Below, piece after piece: positions 1 to 9,579 of a stretch of 64,000 nucleotides of DNA. The translations under genes were made by a program, and so were the position numbers. Within the stretch, counting starts at the first letter, position 1. Every line of letters begins with the position of its first letter. The notes beneath the pieces are model-generated. The model was not told the DNA's origin and made no database searches. It was given only the letters and a program-made list of their open reading frames with translations. The stretch is from the NCBI GenBank assembly GCA_041649755.1, contig JBAZMK010000005.1, positions 8,597 through 72,596 on the forward strand. The letters run 5' to 3'. The stretch is from Candidatus Pacearchaeota archaeon (GTDB lineage Archaea > Nanobdellota > Nanobdellia > Pacearchaeales > GW2011-AR1).

Positions 1-573
1 AACCTAAATAAAGAGGGGATTTGTGTTTTGTAAGTTTCAATTTGATTAAACGCATTCATAACGGTTGCTTCTGGATCAGCAGGATTTTTTAGTTCAAACA
101 AGACTAAGGGCAATCCATTAACAAATAGTATTACATCAGGTCTCCTATTATAGTTTTCTTCAATTATTGTGAACTGATTCATAGATAAGAACTCGTTGTT
201 TTTAATATTATCAAAATCTACAATAAAAACTGGCTTGTGTTTTATTTCTCCTTTCTCTCTAAAAGAAACAGGAACTCCATTTACAAGATAATCATGAAAA
301 CTTTGATTATTAGATATTTGATTTTGACTATCTGTCCTAATTATTTTTTTAACAGCTTCTTCTATTGCATCTTTTGGAATTTTAGGATTTATTCTTTCAA
401 GAGCCGAACGAAGCCTATCAACTAAAACAACATCAGAATACTTTTCTCTTTCACCGTTTCCTTCTGGAGCTGGTGCAATATTTGGAGCATAAATATATTC
501 ATAGCCTTCACTTTGTAGAAACTTTAATGCTTCTTGTTCTATATGATCTTCAGTTATAATGTTTGATGGCATG
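1..573 (-). CDS. hsdR: Type I restriction enzyme R subunit (HsdR), N-terminal fragment; gene continues beyond window start
   Basis: Reverse translation from ATG at 571-573 gives MPSNIITEDHIEQEALKFLQSEGYEY...RPDVILFVNGLPLVLFELKN..., the classic HsdR N-terminal nuclease region. Not in the ORF track because it is truncated by the window edge. Confidence 0.8.
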
Positions 574-858
574 TTATTTTTTTACTTCCTCTCTTAATTT
601 TAATAATTCTTTCATTTCATTTATATGGTGTTGGATTCTTTTCTCTTTATACTTTACCATCTCCTCTATATAAGCCCATTTATTTTTTTGAATATCAAAT
701 TTTTTACTAGCCTTATCAACAATCAATTCTCCTCTTTGCTTCATTTCATGTACTGCAAGTTTTTCTGCAACATTGTAAATCCTTTCATAAACAGAGTCAA
801 TTTTACCTTGAAGGAATAATTTCTGTATTTTTATTGGTAGTATATCTATTTTGCCCAT
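574..858 (-). CDS. Hypothetical 94-aa protein between hsdR and the 564-aa gene
   Basis: ORF tightly packed inside the type I RM operon (1 nt from hsdR start). No recognisable domain. Confidence 0.4.
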   Translation of the reverse strand: MGKIDILPIKIQKLFLQGKIDSVYERIYNVAEKLAVHEMKQRGELIVDKASKKFDIQKNKWAYIEEMVKYKEKRIQHHINEMKELLKLREEVKK

Positions 859-887
859 GTTTAACTAAGGTTTAATGAGTTTTTAAC

Positions 888-2582
888 TTATTTGGATTGC
901 ATATATTTTTTTATTTGGTGAAAATGTATTTTTTTATTTTTAAGTGCCTCTGAAACCTCTTTCTTATTCATTTTTTTTGGAAACTTTTCTATTAAACAAA
1001 GTATAACATGTTGAGAACAAAAATCAACATCAGCATCTTTGTCATTTAGAGATTTTAATAACAACTCGTAAACTTTCTTATAAAATTTATTAGAAATCGT
1101 TTTTGAATTCTTGATGATATGTGATAGATGTGCAAGGACAAGAGGTTTATTATTTTCATAACCTTCTATGAGATAATCTATGAGTTCTTGAGTCTTTTCT
1201 CCCATTGAATAACTAATATTCTCTGTAAAGCAACCAAACTCCAGAATAAATTTCCTATCTCTTTTCTTTTTAGAATAAGTTTTTAGCACTCCCTTTAACA
1301 AATCATCATACATTTCTGGAAAATCATAAAGATAACTTGCTAGTTCCTCAAAAACATATTTACTCTCTTTGGAGTCCTCGTTTAACTCTTTAAGAGAGTG
1401 TTTAAGATATTCTTTATAATAATCTATAATCGGAGGCTCTGGAGTTAGTAAACTAAAATATATTCGTTCAATATCATAAGAAGTTCTTGTTATTAGAGTT
1501 TCAAAGATTATAGAATAATCCTCTATCGTTTCTTTGAATCCTAATTGGTCTAATATTTTTTTGTATTCTTTTTCATTAAAACCATGTGCTGCACTCGAAC
1601 TCCTAAACTTATTAAGCAATTTCAGAAACTTGGTTCCATCCTCTATTATTCCTTCATTTTGTAAAAAATAATCCTTGTTCTTAAAATTAGTTCCATAAAT
1701 TTTATAATTATAAAAGTTAGTAAACTCATTGGAAATTTTAGAATAAATATTCTTCTCTTTCTTTCTTAAATCTTTAAGGTTTTTTATATTCAAGGAAATT
1801 ATTATATCATGATGCACCTTTAATAAAAGCAAAAATTTTTGTAGCAATCTTAAACTTTTAAGAGGTTCTATTGAATTATTTAAAATGTCTTTTAGTTTTT
1901 TAGGAGTATCACCTTTAAGATATTTTTCTTCAATCTCTTTTAATGCTAATTTCTCATAGGAATAACATAAATTCTTATCTATTTTATTGAATATCTTATT
2001 TATTAACTTTGTATTAATAGATTCCAACAAAAGGATGTTTAAAAAAATAATTCTTGCTTGAAAATCATCAACTGTTGTTTCCTTATTAATTACTTTTTTT
2101 ATATGATTTAGTGCATTTTCCATTCGTGTTAAATCTAATAGTCTCATGTCTTCCACTTTTATGTTTGGATAAAATTTTTTGATGTGGTTTTCTACCCTGG
2201 TATTTGATAAATTCATAAAATGAACCATTCTACGAATGGTATCTCTAAAATCAAAATAACTCTCACCAGCAGGTATTTTTGAAGGAGATATATTATACTT
2301 TTTCCAGTATTCTAATTCTTTGTCAGGCAATCCTTCTCCGAGATCTCCCAAATTGACTGCAATAAATCCTTTAGCTACCCTATAAACTCCCCTAAATATG
2401 CCCCATTTATTTCCAAACAAAACTGTTCCATTATCCCCTATAGTAAAGTCCTTATGAGATTCATATCTTTTTAGTACCTCTTCTTTAAAATACACTTTTT
2501 CTAAAAAACCATCTATCTTATGTTCCGCTGCCTTTTTTGCAGACTTTAATCCATCTTTTGTGATAAATTTGATGTCTCCCAT
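888..2582 (-). CDS. Hypothetical 564-aa alpha-helical protein embedded between hsdS and hsdR; HEPN-like Rx5H motif (FRSSSAAHGF); candidate abortive-infection/defence protein
   Basis: Long ORF, Lys-rich and helical, with no P-loop. An R-x5-H motif matches the HEPN Rx4-6H signature. It sits 2 nt downstream of hsdS. Confidence 0.5.
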   Translation of the reverse strand: MGDIKFITKDGLKSAKKAAEHKIDGFLEKVYFKEEVLKRYESHKDFTIGDNGTVLFGNKWGIFRGVYRVAKGFIAVNLGDLGEGLPDKELEYWKKYNISPSKIPAGESYFDFRDTIRRMVHFMNLSNTRVENHIKKFYPNIKVEDMRLLDLTRMENALNHIKKVINKETTVDDFQARIIFLNILLLESINTKLINKIFNKIDKNLCYSYEKLALKEIEEKYLKGDTPKKLKDILNNSIEPLKSLRLLQKFLLLLKVHHDIIISLNIKNLKDLRKKEKNIYSKISNEFTNFYNYKIYGTNFKNKDYFLQNEGIIEDGTKFLKLLNKFRSSSAAHGFNEKEYKKILDQLGFKETIEDYSIIFETLITRTSYDIERIYFSLLTPEPPIIDYYKEYLKHSLKELNEDSKESKYVFEELASYLYDFPEMYDDLLKGVLKTYSKKKRDRKFILEFGCFTENISYSMGEKTQELIDYLIEGYENNKPLVLAHLSHIIKNSKTISNKFYKKVYELLLKSLNDKDADVDFCSQHVILCLIEKFPKKMNKKEVSEALKNKKIHFHQIKKYMQSK

Positions 2583-2583
2583 T

Positions 2584-3834
2584 TTATTTTATAGGAACTC
2601 TAATCTTTCTAGACATGAGTTTTGGTAATAGGGAATCTCGGAGTTGTGATAGACTTTTAATTTCTTCTTCATTTTGATATTTTAGATTAAATAATCTTTC
2701 TACTAAACTGTCAAACTTCTTAATAATCTTATTTTCAGGAATCAATATTTCATGATCATGAATAGAGTTTCTAGATAGATTCGGAACTGAAGATCCAGTA
2801 TTAACCATTGACATGGTTTTGATAAAATAGTAAAGATACCTTACAAGATTTTGATTTTCTATAGATACATAGTATGTTGTTTCAAGTGGGCAAAATTCTT
2901 TATGCGAATAGTAAACCGAATCAGATCCAATCTTTCCAGCCCTCCCTATTATTAGCCCTGCCTTTTTTATGAAACTTTCGTCATGATAACCACTTAAACC
3001 ACCAGAACCATAAACAGGAATATTGCCTTCTTTTCTATTCCATTCTGGGAGATGCCATCCATATTCTAATTTAAATAATTTAATAGCTTTGTCAACGCTC
3101 CACCCCTTAGGAATCACCCCTAATTCAGACTCAATCATTTCACCACCACTAGACTTGTAAGGTTTTCCTTCTTCGTTTGGAAATTGAAAATCAATAAACC
3201 AATGTTTGAAAAGAGCTTGTCCTATTGCTTCAAGAGTTTTATTCATCTTTTGATTGAGTTCTATTTTATTATCAAGATCTGAAAGAATTTTTGCTATTGC
3301 TTTTTGTTCTGGAAGGGGTGGAAATTCAATTTTAAGATCTCCAATAATTTTAGTTGTTAGACTGCCTCTTGAACTATTAGCATCTGAAACATTTCGGAGT
3401 TCTAAATATCTAGATACTAAATTGTAAAAAAGATACCCCGAATCTAATATTTTGGGATTAGCCCTTAAAGATATAACAGACTGATTAATATGCGTATCAA
3501 TCATGCAATAAGCTGTTTGTCCTCTCGTATATCCTTGACCAGCAGATGCAACAACTACATCTCCTTTCTTTGCTAGTCTTGTACTAGAATTTTTAACTCC
3601 TTCAGGAGTGATTTTTTTAATAGTATCTCTAATAAAAGTTTGACCTGTTTCTCCAGAAGATAACCATCTTATTTCACCATCCCAATATGAAGCTATTCTA
3701 GTATTTGGAGTACCCCCACTAAATATAGTATCTGTAGCTTCATTAAGTTTCATCTCTTCCCAATCTTCAGGAATTTCTCCTATTTCAGTTTGCTTTAATT
3801 TTTCTTTTGTTTTCATTTTCTTTTTACCATCCAA
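2584..3834 (-). CDS. hsdS: Type I restriction-modification specificity subunit (HsdS), two target-recognition domains
   Basis: Central conserved HsdS motif LPEQKAIAKILSDLDNKIE...FKHWFIDFQFPNEEGKPYKSSGG. A second repeat near the C-terminus (LSQLRDSLLPKLMS). Confidence 0.8.
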   Translation of the reverse strand: MDGKKKMKTKEKLKQTEIGEIPEDWEEMKLNEATDTIFSGGTPNTRIASYWDGEIRWLSSGETGQTFIRDTIKKITPEGVKNSSTRLAKKGDVVVASAGQGYTRGQTAYCMIDTHINQSVISLRANPKILDSGYLFYNLVSRYLELRNVSDANSSRGSLTTKIIGDLKIEFPPLPEQKAIAKILSDLDNKIELNQKMNKTLEAIGQALFKHWFIDFQFPNEEGKPYKSSGGEMIESELGVIPKGWSVDKAIKLFKLEYGWHLPEWNRKEGNIPVYGSGGLSGYHDESFIKKAGLIIGRAGKIGSDSVYYSHKEFCPLETTYYVSIENQNLVRYLYYFIKTMSMVNTGSSVPNLSRNSIHDHEILIPENKIIKKFDSLVERLFNLKYQNEEEIKSLSQLRDSLLPKLMSRKIRVPIK

Positions 3835-4324
3835 AATAATTTTTTAATAAATAAGAAGTGATAATTGTTGCTATCATTCCCAATATAAAGGAGATTATAT
3901 AACCTATCCAGTTTCTTTTAATATTCCTTTTTTCAGAATTTATTTTTGATAATATCTTTCTACTAATAGTATCTAGATTGTCCCATAGATCTTCATAATC
4001 ACCTAAGGGTAAATTATTACAATCTACTTTTGATTTTATTTTTTTAAGAGATTTTTCCTCTTCTATAAGAATATCTTTAAATTTCTTTATCTTCCCTTCT
4101 AGATTTATTATAAATTTTAAAAGAAAGGTCTTCCATTCAGACTTACATTTATTATCTATATCAATAGCTTCAGTTTTATTTATATTTTTCTTTGAAGTAT
4201 AATGCTCTATTAGGTCAGAGATATAATCATAGTCTTCTTTGGGTAGATTCTTCTGATAAACTCTATAAAGATTATTCAATGAAATAATATATTGGGTGGT
4301 ATCCATTATTACCCTCCCCACCAA
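3824..4324 (-). CDS. Hypothetical 166-aa protein with C-terminal transmembrane helix, between hsdM and hsdS
   Basis: ORF overlaps the hsdS start by 11 nt. C-terminal hydrophobic segment IGYIISFILGMIATIITSYLL. No known domain. Confidence 0.45.
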   Translation of the reverse strand: MVGRVIMDTTQYIISLNNLYRVYQKNLPKEDYDYISDLIEHYTSKKNINKTEAIDIDNKCKSEWKTFLLKFIINLEGKIKKFKDILIEEEKSLKKIKSKVDCNNLPLGDYEDLWDNLDTISRKILSKINSEKRNIKRNWIGYIISFILGMIATIITSYLLKNYFGW

Positions 4325-4467
4325 TTCCTTTCTTGAGGTCTTACAATATAATAAGCCTCAAGATAAGGGTCGTAATAGATCCTATCCCCCTTTCTTCTAG
4401 CTTTTAATGCATCAGTTTTATTTTTATAATATCTACGCCCATTATAAACAAAAATTTTTCCCATTCC

Positions 4468-6063
4468 CTAAACCCTCCAACCAATGCTTTTCAAATTTTC
4501 TTTAATCTCCTCTTCTAACTTTTCGCTTTCTTTAAATTGCTCTCCTAATTCTTTAGTCAATCTTTCCATCTTCTCATTAAAGACTTCTGGATCTTCTTCT
4601 ACTTCTTCAGTTCCAACATAACGACCAGCAGTAAGGACATATCCATGCTTTTCTATTTCCTCTAACTTAACAGACTTACAGAATCCTGCAACATCTTCAT
4701 ATTTTCCGCCTTCTCCTCTCCAAGCATGATATGTTTCTGAGATTCTTTTAACTTCTTCATCTGTAAGATCCTTATGCCTTCTATCAATCATCACACCATG
4801 TTTTCTAGCATCAATAAACAAAAATTCTCCTTCTCTATCCCTAAACTTATGATTCTTTTTATCTTTTGAAACAAACCATAAACAAGCAGGTATCATTGTG
4901 TTATAGAATAATTGAGAAGGCATAGCAACAATGCAGTCTACTAAATCTGCTTCAATAATGTTTTTCCTTATTTCTCCTTCTCCACCAGTGTTAGAAGATA
5001 AAGAACCATTAGCTAAAACAAACCCTGCAGTTCCATGAGGAGCTAAGTGATGTATAAAATGCTGTACCCATCCAAAGTTAGCATTACCTGTTGGAGGAAC
5101 TCCATATTTCCATCTTATATCTTCTTTTAGCTGTTCTCCTTTCCAATCAGAATCATTGAAGGGTGGATTGGCTAATATGAAATCTGCCTTTAAATCTCTG
5201 TGAGCATCATTAAGAAAACTTCCTTCTGAGTTCCATTGAATATCAGAATCAATTCCTCTAATTGCCAGATTCATTTTACATAGTTTCCACGTTGTTTGGT
5301 TGCTCTCCTGACCGTACACTGAGATGTCACCAATTCTTCCTCCATGACTTTCAACAAACTTTTCACTTTGCACAAACATGCCTCCACTTCCACAACAAGG
5401 ATCAAATATTCTTCCTTTGTAAGGCTCTAACATTTCAACAAGAAGTTTTACAATACATCTAGGTGTATAGAACTGTCCACCTTTCTTTCCTTCTGCATCT
5501 GCAAACTGTCCTAAGAAGTACTCATATACTCTTCCTAACACATCCTTACTCCTGTTTTCTTTATCACCTAAAGCAATAGAACCTATAAGATCTATTAACT
5601 CTCCAAGCCTCTGTTTATCTAGTGCAGGTCTAGCATAATCTTTTGGCAAAACTCCTTTCAAAGAAGGGTTTTCTTTTTCGATTGCATCCATTGCATCATC
5701 AATAATTGTTCCTATCTTTGGTTGCTTTGCATTGCTCTGAAGTTTCTCCCATCTTGCATCTTTTGGAACCCAGAATATATTTTTTGCTTTATATTCATCA
5801 ACGTCCTCCGGATCACCCTGCGGATCATTTTTTATTTCATCGTAAACTTCTCTGAAAGCATCGGAAATGTATTTCAAAAAGATCAAACCTAAGACCACAT
5901 GTTTATACTCTGAAGCATCCATATTGCTTCTAAGTTTATCTGCTGAGAGCCACAGCTTTTGTTCAAATCCCAAGTCTCCCTTATTATTGTTTTTTACCAT
6001 AAATTTAGATATATACCTTTTATAAAAAACTATCGCTATGCCTTCTTTTCTTTTCCAAACCAC
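4468..6063 (-). CDS. hsdM: Type I restriction-modification N6-adenine DNA methyltransferase subunit (HsdM)
   Basis: HsdM N-terminal domain ([32 protein letters not shown]). SAM-binding motif [10 protein letters not shown] and catalytic motif LANPPFN. Confidence 0.9.
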   Translation of the reverse strand: MVWKRKEGIAIVFYKRYISKFMVKNNNKGDLGFEQKLWLSADKLRSNMDASEYKHVVLGLIFLKYISDAFREVYDEIKNDPQGDPEDVDEYKAKNIFWVPKDARWEKLQSNAKQPKIGTIIDDAMDAIEKENPSLKGVLPKDYARPALDKQRLGELIDLIGSIALGDKENRSKDVLGRVYEYFLGQFADAEGKKGGQFYTPRCIVKLLVEMLEPYKGRIFDPCCGSGGMFVQSEKFVESHGGRIGDISVYGQESNQTTWKLCKMNLAIRGIDSDIQWNSEGSFLNDAHRDLKADFILANPPFNDSDWKGEQLKEDIRWKYGVPPTGNANFGWVQHFIHHLAPHGTAGFVLANGSLSSNTGGEGEIRKNIIEADLVDCIVAMPSQLFYNTMIPACLWFVSKDKKNHKFRDREGEFLFIDARKHGVMIDRRHKDLTDEEVKRISETYHAWRGEGGKYEDVAGFCKSVKLEEIEKHGYVLTAGRYVGTEEVEEDPEVFNEKMERLTKELGEQFKESEKLEEEIKENLKSIGWRV

Positions 6064-6308
6064 AATAAAATTGGTATAGCTTCCTTTTCTTTTTTGATTT
6101 TTCTTACTGCCCTCTCTAAATCTTCATAATCAGGATAGAGAATCATTTTATAATTGAATTTTGAAACCTTTTCTTTAAGTTGAGGAAATTCCTTAATTAA
6201 CTCTTTTTTGAATCTTATCTTATTCCATGCACCAACGCTATCGCCATAAGAGATTTTTCCGTTTATTTCTATTCTTTCTCTTCTTGGTCTTAGCGTTTGT
6301 GTTTCCAT
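6036..6308 (-). CDS. Hypothetical 90-aa protein overlapping the hsdM start
   Basis: ORF whose 3' end overlaps the hsdM start (translational-coupling geometry). No domain recognised. Confidence 0.3.
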   Translation of the reverse strand: METQTLRPRRERIEINGKISYGDSVGAWNKIRFKKELIKEFPQLKEKVSKFNYKMILYPDYEDLERAVRKIKKEKEAIPILLWFGKEKKA

Positions 6309-6457
6309 TAGTGTGAATCACTCTTTTCACACCTCAACACCTCTCGACTTTATAAAAAAGAGAGGACACCTCATTTAAACCCTTTTCAAGAAACTTTGGT
6401 GAAAATACCACAAAAAGACTTAATAAGTGCAAAACCTACCAAAGATTATCAAAAGAA

Positions 6458-6856
6458 GTGAAAATGGAAACAATAGGAAAGATTAAATTCGGAAAGTTTG
6501 AATCGGAAATAAAATCTACGCCAAAAGTAATTAAGTATCTAAAAGAAGAAAATTTAAGTTTAGCAGTTTTAATCCCGAATGCTTATGATTTTTATGAAGT
6601 ACTATTATTTGATTCAATTGATGAAGACGAGGATGGAAAACCTGATAAGAAATTTGGAAATAAATTTGATTTAGTCTATTATGGGATAACTGAGAAAGGG
6701 ATTTGGAACGAAAAAGAGGGTTTGAAGGTTAAAGGATTTAAAGAGAATACTCTTCTTAAAAAGAACATACTCTTCCATTCAGGAACGCAAATAAATCAGA
6801 CTCCAAAAAATCCTAAAAAATCTTTTATGGTAAATTATGCGGTTTTGCAAAAATAA
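6458..6856 (+). CDS. Hypothetical 132-aa protein
   Basis: ORF with reasonable codon usage, immediately upstream of and overlapping the Lrp-like regulator gene. Confidence 0.4.
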   Translation: MKMETIGKIKFGKFESEIKSTPKVIKYLKEENLSLAVLIPNAYDFYEVLLFDSIDEDEDGKPDKKFGNKFDLVYYGITEKGIWNEKEGLKVKGFKENTLLKKNILFHSGTQINQTPKNPKKSFMVNYAVLQK

Positions 6857-7796
6857 AATGGACGAAAAAGATAAGTTAATCCTCTTTGAGCTTTTGCAGG
6901 ATTGCAGACAGCCGACTTCTAAAATAGCGAGAGCAGTTAGATTACCTCAGCAAACAGTTAGTTATAGAATTAAAAAGTTTGAAGATTCTAAAGTTATAAA
7001 GAAGTATACTGCAGATATTAATTATCCTAAACTCGGTTACAGTCGGCACTCTTTGTATCTGGATGTCAAGGGAGTTTCAGCTTCGGAAGTTGATAAATAT
7101 CTCAAAGCGATAACAGATATAAAAGAAGTTAGTTGTTGTTACATGCTTCACGAAGTTAGCCAGTGGAAATTATATGTTTCTGTCTGGACAAAAACCCTCG
7201 AGAGATACGACGAGATACAAACAAAAATAACGAGCAAATTCAAGAAAAAAATAAAAAATTATATTTCTTTTCAGAGCGTAAAATCCTTTACTTATTTTGC
7301 TAAAAGATTAAATCCAAATAAAAAATCATTAATTGATGTCAAAGGAAGTTCAGAAAATGTTGAAATCTCCGACGCTGACTGGAAGTTAATTGAAAAGTTA
7401 AAGAAAAATTCCAAAGTTTCAGCGATGGATTTAGCAAATCATTTCAGAACAAACGCGTCTTCAATTACCCGAAGAATAAACTCTCTTAAGAAAAAAGAAA
7501 TTATCGAAAGATTTTATCCGATTCTTGACGTGAAAAAATTAGGGTATACCGAGTACACTTTTATCACTAGAATTGATCCTTCATACAACAAAGAACTAGA
7601 ACAATTCATAGAGTTCACAAAAAAAGACCCGCGATTCGTTATCATGATTAAAGCAGTTGGTTACGTAAATTTATATTACGCATTTCTTATCGAGGACAAA
7701 AAAGAGTTAAGCGGCATCACTGAGAAAATTCATAAGATTTTAGGAAAGGCAGTTTTAGAAGAATATAAAATTGAAGTTGATGAGATGATTAGTTGA
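6837..7796 (+). CDS. Tandem Lrp/AsnC-type HTH transcriptional regulator
   Basis: Two HTH_AsnC-like segments (DKLILFELLQDCRQPTSKIARAVRLPQQTVSYRIKKFEDSKVI and DWKLIEKLKKNSKVSAMDLANHFRTNASSITRRINSLKKKEII), each followed by an RAM-like region. Confidence 0.6.
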   Translation: MRFCKNKMDEKDKLILFELLQDCRQPTSKIARAVRLPQQTVSYRIKKFEDSKVIKKYTADINYPKLGYSRHSLYLDVKGVSASEVDKYLKAITDIKEVSCCYMLHEVSQWKLYVSVWTKTLERYDEIQTKITSKFKKKIKNYISFQSVKSFTYFAKRLNPNKKSLIDVKGSSENVEISDADWKLIEKLKKNSKVSAMDLANHFRTNASSITRRINSLKKKEIIERFYPILDVKKLGYTEYTFITRIDPSYNKELEQFIEFTKKDPRFVIMIKAVGYVNLYYAFLIEDKKELSGITEKIHKILGKAVLEEYKIEVDEMIS

Positions 7797-7800
7797 AAAA

Positions 7801-8331
7801 TTATCTATTTATTTTCTTGTAAATAATATCCTTATAGTCTTTTCCTTTAGTGAGTGTCGAACCCTTTATTTCGCCCTCTTTTTCATAACTTGATTTTAAG
7901 AGTATTTTTTCAACAGATTTATTCAACTCATGAAAATATGCGTATACCTTAAGATACTTCAAATTATCAAATATGAATGAAGTCATCAATTTTACAGCCT
8001 CGCTCATGTAACCCTTATTCCAATAATCCTTTGCAGTCCAAAAACCAATTTCACCTTTTTTATTTTCTTCATCCAAATCAAAAAATCCAATGACTCCTAC
8101 AAAATCTTCGCTTGCTTTTTCATAAACTCCGAAATGATAAGACTTTTTTTCTTTCATCTTTTTATTGCAACTCCTAATATACATTTTAGCATCTTCTAAT
8201 GACTTTGAAGCCTTATAGGGTCCAGAATATTCGTTTAACTTGGGCTCCTTAGAAAATCTATGAAGTTTCTCAGCATCTTTGTCGCCCAAGGGTTTCAGGA
8301 TTATCTTTTCTCCAACAATTTTAGTTTCCAT
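7801..8331 (-). CDS. GNAT family N-acetyltransferase (RimJ/RimL-like)
   Basis: GNAT fold motifs: GVIGFFDLDEENKKGEIGFWTAKDYWNKGYMSEAVK. Last gene of the minus-strand operon that begins with the rSAM peptide locus. Confidence 0.7.
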   Translation of the reverse strand: METKIVGEKIILKPLGDKDAEKLHRFSKEPKLNEYSGPYKASKSLEDAKMYIRSCNKKMKEKKSYHFGVYEKASEDFVGVIGFFDLDEENKKGEIGFWTAKDYWNKGYMSEAVKLMTSFIFDNLKYLKVYAYFHELNKSVEKILLKSSYEKEGEIKGSTLTKGKDYKDIIYKKINR

Positions 8332-8373
8332 TTTAAATAAAAGGATTTTATATTTAAAGGCAATTCTTTTTAA

Positions 8374-8820
8374 TTATATCGAATCGCTTTTATTTTTTAA
8401 ATAATCTTCAATCAACTTAACTTTTTCTTCTCGACCAATTGACTTATAAAATTCAAGAGCACATTCTAAGGGTAGAATTGGAACCTCTAATTCACCCCAG
8501 TTTATTATTCTTACCTCATCAAAATAATTTTTATCTCGATCTCCATAGCAATTAATTTCAACTTCAAAACCGTTTATATCGCAAATTAATGAAGGACCTT
8601 TTATCTTATCGCTGTAGAAATCTTTCGTAATTAAATCTTTTAATGCTTCTCTAAAAATCTCAATTCCTTCTTCATTGGTTGTTATATCTAGGTCTCTAAT
8701 TGAAACATCAAGACCCTGAATCATAAGATTGGCACTTCCTTCTAATTGCCAGACAGGTTTTTTATCCCTTAGCCTTTCTAGGGTAATTTTTAAAACCTCT
8801 CTAATGTCTTTTTCTTCCAT
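8374..8820 (-). CDS. Minimal nucleotidyltransferase (Pol-beta superfamily, ANT/LinB-like)
   Basis: hG[GS]x9-13DhD signature: EGSANLMIQGLDVSIRDLDI. Size ~150 aa, typical of MNT/aminoglycoside-lincosamide NTases. Confidence 0.55.
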   Translation of the reverse strand: MEEKDIREVLKITLERLRDKKPVWQLEGSANLMIQGLDVSIRDLDITTNEEGIEIFREALKDLITKDFYSDKIKGPSLICDINGFEVEINCYGDRDKNYFDEVRIINWGELEVPILPLECALEFYKSIGREEKVKLIEDYLKNKSDSI

Positions 8821-8844
8821 AAAGTTATATTGTAAAGAGGTTTA

Positions 8845-9579
8845 TTAATCTTCTCTAAGGATATCTGCTAATTTCTTCTTAATAGCTTTTTTTTGTTTAA
8901 ATGTTCCGTCTTCTCTTTTCTCAAAAAGAATATATAATTGGGATGCTCTTGCCATTAACCAACTATTTATGTCTTGAACTATTCCATCATAGCTAAATTT
9001 AATGCTTTCTTTATAGTTCGAAATAATTTCTTCTTTTTTCTCTGGACTTGAAATTATTATTGAGGCAACATCTCTTGCAGGATGCCCCAAACCTCCAAGT
9101 TCAAAATCAAAGTAATAATTCTGTCCTTTAAAAGTCACCATGTTTTTTTGTTGTAAATCTCCGTGAAGAAGAGTCTTTAGTTCACGATTGAGTCTAACCT
9201 CCGAAAGTTTTCTTTTAACAAGTGAGCTCAACCCATGAAATAAATTAAGATTTTCAAAAACATAAGAAGAGACTTCACGAATATCATGGTGAATAAAAAT
9301 TTTATTATCTAAAGGATTCTCAAGAAAATAAGAATGAACTTTTGCCCATTCTCTAACTGCAAGACCCACGTCTTTTTTTCCAGTTTCAATAAAAGATGTT
9401 TGGAGTTCTAATCCGTCAACACGATATATTTGTGGAGTTCTAACCAAAGGAATTCTCTGGAATAAATCATAAAAGAATTCCTCCCTCTTTAAGAAAATAG
9501 GCTTCTGATGTGTCTTTGAAACAACTTTACTTCCATCAACTTCATAAATTCTCGAGGTATTTCTATTTAATTCTTCCAT
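8845..9579 (-). CDS. Aminoglycoside-phosphotransferase-fold (APH/choline-kinase-like) kinase
   Basis: Catalytic loop HGDLQQKNM (HGDLxxxN) and DFE metal-binding motif (YYFDFELGGLGHPARDVA). Confidence 0.7.
   Translation of the reverse strand: MEELNRNTSRIYEVDGSKVVSKTHQKPIFLKREEFFYDLFQRIPLVRTPQIYRVDGLELQTSFIETGKKDVGLAVREWAKVHSYFLENPLDNKIFIHHDIREVSSYVFENLNLFHGLSSLVKRKLSEVRLNRELKTLLHGDLQQKNMVTFKGQNYYFDFELGGLGHPARDVASIIISSPEKKEEIISNYKESIKFSYDGIVQDINSWLMARASQLYILFEKREDGTFKQKKAIKKKLADILRED

Noticed and set aside
237-425. 62-aa + strand ORF at the window start
   Set aside because: It lies entirely inside, and antisense to, the hsdR N-terminal coding region, which has an unmistakable HsdR motif. It is a shadow ORF.
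5262-5462. 66-aa + strand ORF inside hsdM
   Set aside because: Antisense to the NPPF-containing methyltransferase gene. Low-complexity translation.
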